DNA from: an uncultured Bacteroidales bacterium
GTDB taxonomy: Bacteria; Bacteroidota; Bacteroidia; Bacteroidales; JALTDM01
Reading direction: 5' to 3'
Length of the DNA: 64,000 nt
NCBI GenBank assembly: GCA_964421355.1
Contig: CAYQWX010000004.1
Location: 442-64,441, forward strand
The notes under the pieces are model-generated. The model had not been told where the DNA came from, did not search any database, and saw only the letters and a program-made list of their open reading frames with translations. This document shows, piece by piece, positions 40,201 through 47,077 of this stretch; within the stretch, counting starts at the first letter, position 1, and the number at the start of each line of letters is the position of its first letter. The position numbers and the translations under genes were made by a program.

Positions 40201-40843
40201 AGGAGATACTTCTACCCATTTAACAAATCTCTGTGAAGGTGATTACTCTGTAACGGTAGTAGATGAAAATGGATGTGCCGACACACTTAATTTACATGTA
40301 GGCAATGACCATATAGAACCGGGTATAAATGTATGGAGTGATACAAATAATGTATATCCTGGCACAGAGGTACATGTTTTTGCCAATGATAGTAATATTT
40401 TTAATTACCAATGGTACCCGTTGGGAGTATCTGGAGGTAACAGCTCTAATATTACCGTTTATCCTACTTCTACACAAACCTATACAGTATATGCTTGGGA
40501 CAGCAACGGATGTGCTTCTGTAGATAGTATTACTATAAGAGTGAGAGAAATAGTGTGCGGAGAACCTTATATTTATATTCCCAATGCTTTTTCGCCTAAT
40601 GGGGACGGTAAAAATGATATTTTGTATGTATATGCAAATCCTGCATTAGTAAAAAATATGCACTTGATGATATTTGATCGTTGGGGAGAATTGATATTTG
40701 AAACCACTGATTTAAATCATGGTTGGGACGGGACTTTTAAGGGAAAGATTTTAGATCCTGCTGTTTTTGTTTATTATTTGGAAGTAACTTGTATAAATGA
40801 TGAGAAATTTATAAAAAAAGGTAACATTACTTTGCTAAAGTAA
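37283..40843 (+). CDS. 1186-aa T9SS type B cargo: beta-propeller-like region, PKD domain, SprB-type repeats, gliding-motility-type C-terminal domain
   Basis: Signal peptide. One PKD motif ([31 protein letters not shown]). Cys-bounded repeats follow ([13 protein letters not shown]...[30 protein letters not shown]). The C-terminus is [20 protein letters not shown]...[11 protein letters not shown]...GWDGTFKGK. Confidence 0.85.
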   Translation: [1186 protein letters not shown]

Positions 40844-40855
40844 TAAGTTTTGAAA

Positions 40856-41875
40856 ATGCGTATTAGTATCTTGTCAATATTATTTATTGTTTTAATTTCT
40901 TATAAAGAAGGGGTATCACAAGATATTCATTTTTCACAAAATGATGTTATTCCATTATATCTATCACCTGCTAATACAGGAGAAGGTTGTGATGTTAGGG
41001 CTTTTTTGAACCACAGGTCACAGTGGGCAGCTGTTACAGTGCCTTATGTAACTTTTTCTGCTGCAGCAGACAAGAAACTTTCAGGATATAAATGGCTCAA
41101 CGGACATGATGCAGGAGTAGGTATAATTTTATCGAACGATAAAGCCGGAGATGGTGAATTTACTACAACTCGCATAGATTTATTAGGGTCCTACAAATTT
41201 GACTTTCAATCCGAAATTATTAAACATTTATCTTTGGGATTGAGTATGGCTTATTCCAGAAGTAGCATTAACTTTAATAAATTACATTTTGGCAGTCAGT
41301 TCAATGGAGATTATTATGATCCCAACTTGCCTTCGGGTGAACATTTTGACAGAAATGCATTTGGTTTTGTAGATTTTTCTTTGGGAGCATTATCGGTATT
41401 TCGTATAAAAGGATACCGAATAGATGTAGGGGCTTCATTAAATCACATAAACTCTCCTAAACAAAAGTTTTACGGAGATAAAGATACCAGATTATATACC
41501 CGATTAAATTGGTACTTAAAAGGATATTGGAACATAAACTCAAGTAATATTCTGTATCCTTTCTATTATTTGTATAAACAAGGACGCTTACGTGAGCATA
41601 ACTTTGGACTGTTGCTTAAGCACTCTTTGCCAAGTATGGTAGTACGAAATGTGTATGTGGGAAGTTGGCTGCGTATGGGAGATGCTATTGTGCTTAAAAT
41701 GGGGATGGATTACAATAATTTCACTTTGGGATTCAGTTATGATATAAATATATCTAAACTCAAAGTAGCAAGTGGAGGAAAGGGAGCGATAGAATTATCT
41801 ATGGTTTACCGTATTTGTCCTGTAAAAGAATTACCCAAAAAATCATTACAATATTATTGTCCCGAATTTTTGTAA
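40856..41875 (+). CDS. PorP/SprF-family T9SS membrane protein
   Basis: Signal peptide, then QDIHFSQ, then a beta-barrel pattern. It sits immediately downstream of the type B cargo gene. The ATG at 40856 is preferred over the TTG at 40850. Confidence 0.85.
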   Translation: MRISILSILFIVLISYKEGVSQDIHFSQNDVIPLYLSPANTGEGCDVRAFLNHRSQWAAVTVPYVTFSAAADKKLSGYKWLNGHDAGVGIILSNDKAGDGEFTTTRIDLLGSYKFDFQSEIIKHLSLGLSMAYSRSSINFNKLHFGSQFNGDYYDPNLPSGEHFDRNAFGFVDFSLGALSVFRIKGYRIDVGASLNHINSPKQKFYGDKDTRLYTRLNWYLKGYWNINSSNILYPFYYLYKQGRLREHNFGLLLKHSLPSMVVRNVYVGSWLRMGDAIVLKMGMDYNNFTLGFSYDINISKLKVASGGKGAIELSMVYRICPVKELPKKSLQYYCPEFL

Positions 41876-41886
41876 TAGTAATATTT

Positions 41887-42222
41887 ATGAAGGAGAAAAC
41901 TTTTTTTGAAAAAGTTATAGAAATAGTAAAACAAATTCCCGATGGTAGAGTAACCACTTACGGTGCTATTGCAGAATGTGTTGGCATGAAAGCAAGTGCA
42001 AGAGCAGTAGGATGGATATTAAACAAAACCATAAGTTCTACGGAATTTATACCTGCCCACAGAGTAGTAAACAGAAATGGATATTTAACAGGGAAAAAAT
42101 ATTTTCCAACACCTACTTTTATGCAGGAACTTTTGGAGAGCGAAGGAATAACGGTAAAAGATGATAAGGTAATAAACTTTGATAAAAAATTTTGGAATCC
42201 GTGCAATAAATCAAAAAAATAA
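41887..42222 (+). CDS. MGMT-family DNA-binding protein lacking the acceptor Cys (alkyltransferase-like, ATL)
   Basis: TTYGAIAECVG...ARAVGWILN...IPAHRVVNRNGYL. The canonical PCHRV is PAHRV here. The ATG at 41887 is chosen; the listed ORF start at 41815 overlaps porP/sprF. Confidence 0.75.
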   Translation: MKEKTFFEKVIEIVKQIPDGRVTTYGAIAECVGMKASARAVGWILNKTISSTEFIPAHRVVNRNGYLTGKKYFPTPTFMQELLESEGITVKDDKVINFDKKFWNPCNKSKK

Positions 42223-42240
42223 AACCTAAAACAACTCTAT

Positions 42241-43020
42241 TTATTCTAAAATTAGTTCAAATACTTTTGTCTCTAATGTTGAAGGAAGTTTTTTTCTTGT
42301 AAAAAGTTGAAAGTTGCTTATTGCTTGCCCTATTAACCAGTATTCTCCGCGTATGTATTTATTTGTATTTAGCAATTTCACATAAGATGGCATAGGATAA
42401 ATAGCATTCAAAAAATATGTATTTGCAAACAAATCTAAATGATTTTTTACAATACTTTTTACAAATTGATTATCTGGTATGGTATTGATAATTAAATCAG
42501 GATTAAATATATTGAAATCGTCTTTATCTATATAAGACAGGTTGTTATAATTATACAAATTAATGATTTTGCTTGCATTTGACATAGTTCTATTAAAAAC
42601 ACCTATTTTTTTTCGTTGTAATACTAATGTATATATTGCTGCGGTAGCAGCTTTGCCTGCTCCTAATACTAAAACTCTATCAAAAACAATATCCGTCAAA
42701 GCATATTTTACGCCATATACATCAGTGTTGTATCCATAAAGTATTCCGTTGTTGTTTATTATTGTATTTACTGCTTGTGTAGCTTGGGCAATTTCATCTT
42801 TTTTGTCTGCCATAAGGTAAGCCAAATGCTTAAAAGGTGCAGTAATGTTAGCACCTGTTAAATTTTGCAAATAAGCCTTAAAAGTTGAAACATCAATATT
42901 TTTATCAAGTTCAAGATGATAATATTTAGCACTTATTTTCATTTGCTCAAACCAGTAAGTAAAAATCTGTGGACTTTTACTATGTTTTATGGGATTGCCT
43001 ATTACTGCAAATCGTTTCAT
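42241..43020 (-). CDS. aroE: Shikimate dehydrogenase
   Basis: From the internal Met: MKRFAVIGNPIKHSKSPQIF, NITAPFK, NTD and the Rossmann motif VLGAGKAATA. The ATG at 43020 forms an ATGA overlap with the aroD stop. Confidence 0.8.
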   Translation of the reverse strand: MKRFAVIGNPIKHSKSPQIFTYWFEQMKISAKYYHLELDKNIDVSTFKAYLQNLTGANITAPFKHLAYLMADKKDEIAQATQAVNTIINNNGILYGYNTDVYGVKYALTDIVFDRVLVLGAGKAATAAIYTLVLQRKKIGVFNRTMSNASKIINLYNYNNLSYIDKDDFNIFNPDLIINTIPDNQFVKSIVKNHLDLFANTYFLNAIYPMPSYVKLLNTNKYIRGEYWLIGQAISNFQLFTRKKLPSTLETKVFELILE

Positions 43021-43673
43021 ATTGTTTCCAAAAGTTTTTTTACCGTATAATAATCCGGTTGATTTAGTGCTGTTGTTATATCTTGTGTTGGTGCTACATA
43101 TATCCAAGGAGCATTTTTTTTGATAGCATTAATTCTTGATTCTAATGCTTTGTATCCCATTAAAAATGCAATTAAATTATTATCATTTGTGTCGTCATAC
43201 AATTTTTCTATAATTTGCAAATCTTTTATTGTTTGTCCTGTAGTAACTATTTTTATAAAATCTGATTTTGCAGAAAATATTTGTTTATAAATATCTGCCA
43301 ATTCTTTATAGTCAGGAGTATTGTTATAGTTATGAAAAGAGAGTATTGATTTAATGTTATTATTCTTAATAAAATCAAAAAATAATTTCCACTCCGTATT
43401 TTTCAGGTAATTAAATTCTATATCGACAGCAAAAGGTTTTTTGTGTTTTATAAAATCTCTATAAATAGACAGACATTTTTTTTCATTATTATCTTTGCAA
43501 GTAATAATGATATAAGCAGGACAAGCATAAAAATCTTTTGTATGTTTATAAGACATTAGATCAAGCCTCAATTCCAATAAAAAACGACTATCCCAAAATT
43601 TATTTTTTGCAAAATTTATTGATTTATCGGATATGCTTACACATAATTTATTGTTTATCACTGCTGTTTTCAC
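43017..43673 (-). CDS. aroD: Type I 3-dehydroquinate dehydratase
   Basis: ELRLD, SFHNYNNTP, catalytic-Lys context DFIKIVT and MGYKALESR. It uses a GTG start and overlaps the upstream gene end. Confidence 0.75.
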   Translation of the reverse strand: MKTAVINNKLCVSISDKSINFAKNKFWDSRFLLELRLDLMSYKHTKDFYACPAYIIITCKDNNEKKCLSIYRDFIKHKKPFAVDIEFNYLKNTEWKLFFDFIKNNNIKSILSFHNYNNTPDYKELADIYKQIFSAKSDFIKIVTTGQTIKDLQIIEKLYDDTNDNNLIAFLMGYKALESRINAIKKNAPWIYVAPTQDITTALNQPDYYTVKKLLETI

Positions 43674-44796
43674 TGCTTTTGTTTAGCACTTTTTTATTCA
43701 TTATTTGTGCTTGAGTTTTTATTGATTCTTGATGAATAAATTTAAATATTTTTATTACAAAATCTTTGTTTAGTGCTTTCTTCTCCGAATTATTCAGTAT
43801 TTTGGTTATTATCTCTTTCCACCGTTCGCTCTGCAATATAGTTATATCATTTTCTTGTTTTATTTTACCTATTTGTTTTACTAATTTTAACCTTTGTTCC
43901 AGACTATTTAACAAAGTATCATCTATCATATCTATTTTTCTTCGCAATTCTGATAATTCATATTGAGATTTTGGTTCTATACTATTAGGATGTCGTATTA
44001 TTAATTTAGCTAAGATTCCGGATAATTGAGTTGGTGTAATTTGTTGTTTTGCATCACTTAATGCCATTTGCGGATTTATATGTGTTTCTATCATCAGTCC
44101 GTCAAATGCTAAATCCATTGCCTGCTGGGATATTTCAAAAATGTATTTTGCGTTTCCACTTATATGGCTGGGATCACACAATATAGTAAGTTCAGGAATA
44201 TATGTTTTAAGGTCAATAGGAATTTGCCATTGTGGCACATTACGGTAGTTGCTTTTTTCGTAACTTGAAAAACCTCTATGTATGGCAGCAATTTTTTTTA
44301 TTCCTGCTTTGTTTATGCGTTCAATAGCTCCTATCCATAATTCAATGTCGGGATTTATAGGATTTTTAATAAAAACAGGGATATCCACACCTTTTAATGC
44401 TTCTGCCAGTTCTTGTACAGAAAAGGGATTAACCGTGGTTCTTGCACCTACCCAAATAGCATCTATCCCTGCTTTAAGTAGCATTTCCAGATGCTGCGGT
44501 GTTGCTGCTTCCGTTATAATTTTAAATCCAAACTTGTTTCTTACTTTTACTAACCAGTCTATTCCTCTTTCGCCTACTCCATGAAAAGAATCAGGACGTG
44601 TTCGTGGTTTCCAAAGTCCTGCCCTAAAATAAATTATATTATCAATATTTTGTTCTTTTATTTTTTGAGCAGTATCCAAGAGTTGTTTTTCACTTTCTGC
44701 ACTGCAAGGTCCTGCAATCAAGAAGGGTTTATTTATAAAAGAAAAATCTTTATTCCACAAAGGTAAGGGGATTATTTCCGATTTGTTTACTACCAC
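43648..44796 (-). CDS. Bifunctional DAHP synthase (KDO8PS-like class I-beta) / chorismate mutase
   Basis: The N-terminal ~270 aa include LIAGPCSAES, DAIWVGARTT and CDPSH. The C-terminal helical region (LSELRRKIDMIDDTLLNSLEQRLKLVKQIGKIK) is chorismate mutase type II-like. GTG start. Confidence 0.8.
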   Translation of the reverse strand: MVVNKSEIIPLPLWNKDFSFINKPFLIAGPCSAESEKQLLDTAQKIKEQNIDNIIYFRAGLWKPRTRPDSFHGVGERGIDWLVKVRNKFGFKIITEAATPQHLEMLLKAGIDAIWVGARTTVNPFSVQELAEALKGVDIPVFIKNPINPDIELWIGAIERINKAGIKKIAAIHRGFSSYEKSNYRNVPQWQIPIDLKTYIPELTILCDPSHISGNAKYIFEISQQAMDLAFDGLMIETHINPQMALSDAKQQITPTQLSGILAKLIIRHPNSIEPKSQYELSELRRKIDMIDDTLLNSLEQRLKLVKQIGKIKQENDITILQSERWKEIITKILNNSEKKALNKDFVIKIFKFIHQESIKTQAQIMNKKVLNKSSENSSDKQ

Positions 44797-44814
44797 TTTT
44801 GATCTTTTTATTTA

Positions 44815-44822
44815 CAAAGTTA
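44815..44822 (-). promoter_or_regulatory. -7 box candidate on minus strand (TAACTTTG)
   Basis: Plus-strand caaagtta, 19 nt upstream of the GTG at 44796. Confidence 0.4.
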
Positions 44823-44854
44823 ATTGATTTTTTTTTCGGGAAATCTATAACAAA

Positions 44855-44884
44855 AAAGCCACCTGTACAAAAGGCAGCTTTTTT
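44855..44884 (-). terminator. Weak terminator candidate after the 84-aa gene
   Basis: Imperfect stem aaagc-(ca)-cct / agg-(ca)-gcttt, flanked by A/T runs on both sides. Confidence 0.35.
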
Positions 44885-44908
44885 ATAAATAAATTAAATC
44901 TTAAATTA

Positions 44909-45163
44909 TTAATTTTTAGATTTTTTTTTCTTTCTTTTCTTTTCTTCTTCCTTAAATAGAGTAGAATTTTTAGAATAATATTTCAATTTTATCTTTTCTC
45001 CTTTTTTGGGTCTTTTAACGAGATGTCTGTTAAGTTTTTCTATGCTTATTAACTCAACACCTTGCTCTTTTTTCTTTATAAAGTGATTATTTTTAGGATT
45101 TGCCGTTTGGGCTTCTGTACACAAAACAATACTCATAAATATAATTACAAAAAGTGTTTTCAT
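44909..45163 (-). CDS. Small secreted Lys-rich protein (84 aa)
   Basis: Signal peptide MKTLFVIIFMSIVLCTEAQ and a C-terminal tail EEEKKRKKKKSKN. It begins 13 nt downstream of the 439-aa gene. Confidence 0.45.
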   Translation of the reverse strand: MKTLFVIIFMSIVLCTEAQTANPKNNHFIKKKEQGVELISIEKLNRHLVKRPKKGEKIKLKYYSKNSTLFKEEEKKRKKKKSKN

Positions 45164-45176
45164 AATATTATTTTTT

Positions 45177-46496
45177 TTAGTCGAATACAGTCAACACACA
45201 ATGATCTGCAACATTTGTCAAAGTAGGATTTATTTCTATTCTCCATGGAGATGCCGCTGCTAAAATTATGGCTTGCCATTGGAGTTTTACAGTAACGGGA
45301 GTTCCCGCACTTACATGAACTCTTACCCCAGAAAAAGCTACAGAGCCGGAAGTTATAACACCGTTTTGGTCATCGTAATCAGTTATCACTGATGCAGATT
45401 TAGCAACTTCCGTTCCATTTACCAAGATTCTCACATGTACCATTGCCATACCATATTGTGCATTGCCATCATTATCAGCTAATCTGGCAACTAACGAAGA
45501 GAAAATGTAAAAATAATCATGTTCGGGAGTGAAAGTAATACTCATCCCCGAAATATCATCCCATGAAGACTGGTTTGTTGTATAAACTAATGAGTTTAAT
45601 TCTACACTTGTAGCATTATTCCCATATAAAGGTATAGATGCAGGTGTTTCCCATGTAGGTGGTTGTCCTGGACCTTGAGAGGTTAGTATTTGTCCGCTTG
45701 TGCCAGCATTTCCGTTAGGCATCAATGCTCCTAAAAATTTGACATTTCCTGAAACATCTAACTTCTCAGAAGGGTTATTTGTCCCTATTCCTACATAACC
45801 ATCACTATGTCTAAAAATAGTAGTCCCATTTGCCAGAAAAACATCTCCTGTCGCATTATTTATTCTAAATGGTCTCAAAGTGCCCCAAGAGCCATATTGA
45901 TCCCCCGCATCGGTAAGTAATAGATAAGTATTTATGCCGTCATTACGAATCATAAAGCCATAATCACCTTTTATTGCTCTAAATTGACCATATCCAGAAG
46001 TTAAAGTGGAAATTAATTCTCCGGAACCTCGTATATTACCTGAAACATCTAATTTTTCTCCAGGAGTGTTTGTGCCAATACCAACTTCTCCTGTGTTTAA
46101 AATACGAACTCGTTCTGCATTATTTGTTCTAAAAGACAATGATACATTATCAGTGGTTCCTAAAAAATTATTAGATGGATCAGTTCCTTGATTTCCGGTC
46201 AGTCTCCAGTTGGCAGCCATATCTACCCACTGTGTACCATCCCAATACCAATAAGATTTAGTATCAGTATCATAGACAGTAAGTCCCGCATCACTACTTG
46301 TAGTAGCTATTGCATTACGCTGAGCAGAGGTAACTCTCGGCAACAACGCTCCTTTATTTCCATTACTTGTATATACTTCAAAAATGGCATTAGAAGAGGC
46401 AGAATAGGTACTATCATCAGAAACTAACAATGACTGGGAATATCCACTTGTAAAAAACATTCCCAAAACCATAAAAAACAATATTTTTTTTCTCAT
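45177..46496 (-). CDS. Secreted fibre-like protein with duplicated VGIGTNxPxEKLDVSGN motif and beta-rich C-terminal head
   Basis: Signal peptide ending GYSQS. Motifs VGIGTNTPGEKLDVSGNI (residues 138-155) and VGIGTNNPSEKLDVSGNV (235-252), plus GTSGQILTSQGPGQPPTW. No T9SS CTD is recognisable. Confidence 0.7.
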   Translation of the reverse strand: MRKKILFFMVLGMFFTSGYSQSLLVSDDSTYSASSNAIFEVYTSNGNKGALLPRVTSAQRNAIATTSSDAGLTVYDTDTKSYWYWDGTQWVDMAANWRLTGNQGTDPSNNFLGTTDNVSLSFRTNNAERVRILNTGEVGIGTNTPGEKLDVSGNIRGSGELISTLTSGYGQFRAIKGDYGFMIRNDGINTYLLLTDAGDQYGSWGTLRPFRINNATGDVFLANGTTIFRHSDGYVGIGTNNPSEKLDVSGNVKFLGALMPNGNAGTSGQILTSQGPGQPPTWETPASIPLYGNNATSVELNSLVYTTNQSSWDDISGMSITFTPEHDYFYIFSSLVARLADNDGNAQYGMAMVHVRILVNGTEVAKSASVITDYDDQNGVITSGSVAFSGVRVHVSAGTPVTVKLQWQAIILAAASPWRIEINPTLTNVADHCVLTVFD

Positions 46497-46587
46497 AAGG
46501 CATGTTTTTTTGCAATATTAGTAAAAAAAAATTATATGTAAAAATTTTTTTGACTAACGAAAAGTTATTAGTATGAAAATTATTGAT

Positions 46588-46595
46588 TACTTTTG
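46588..46595 (+). promoter_or_regulatory. -7 box candidate (TACTTTTG)
   Basis: TAnnTTTG 15 nt upstream of the ATG at 46610. The box lies inside the listed TTG-start extension, which argues for the ATG start. Confidence 0.4.
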
Positions 46596-46609
46596 TCAAA
46601 AAACTATCT

Positions 46610-47032
46610 ATGGGTAATGTAAATACAATTAAAGAATTATTTGTGTGGAGTGATGTGTTGTATAGTGTAAATAATAAGACAATAGATGCACAGCACAAAA
46701 AACTTATAAATATATTAAATAAATTATACACTTTATATATAGGTGGGGATTATTCTCAAGAAGATATTGCAGATGTTCTTTCGGAATTAAAGGATTATAC
46801 AGTTTATCATTTTAATACCGAAGAAAAACTATTTAAGGAAAAAGGGTACCCTCAAATAGATGAACATAAGGCTATTCATGCCAATTTTGTAACTGAAATA
46901 AATAATTTTGTTGATTCTTATAATAAAAATCCGAAATTGTTAACTATGAAGATTTTTACCTTTTTACAAAAGTGGTTAAAAGGTCATATATTGGGAGATG
47001 ATAAAAAGTATGTTCCTTGGTTAAAGGATTAG
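46610..47032 (+). CDS. Bacteriohemerythrin (stand-alone)
   Basis: Di-iron ligand pattern IDAQH, YTVYHFNTEE, HKAIH and KGHILGDD. Confidence 0.8.
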   Translation: MGNVNTIKELFVWSDVLYSVNNKTIDAQHKKLINILNKLYTLYIGGDYSQEDIADVLSELKDYTVYHFNTEEKLFKEKGYPQIDEHKAIHANFVTEINNFVDSYNKNPKLLTMKIFTFLQKWLKGHILGDDKKYVPWLKD

Positions 47033-47077
47033 TAATACCTTTGATAGAATTTTACGTTATAGTGGAAAGAGAAGAGA

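Noticed and set aside
41815-41886. N-terminal extensions of listed ORFs: 41815-41886 for the ATL gene, 43021-43107 for aroE, 46583-46609 for the hemerythrin, 51304-51327 for the lipoprotein
   Set aside because: The extensions overlap the preceding gene or contain the promoter box. Internal ATGs give canonical N-termini (MKRFAVIGNPIKHSKSP for AroE; a signal peptide for the lipoprotein).
46417-46731. 104-aa minus-strand ORF spanning the divergent intergenic region between the fibre-like gene and the hemerythrin
   Set aside because: It overlaps the 5' ends of both well-supported genes and the promoter box. The translation is hydrophobic and low-complexity with no motif.
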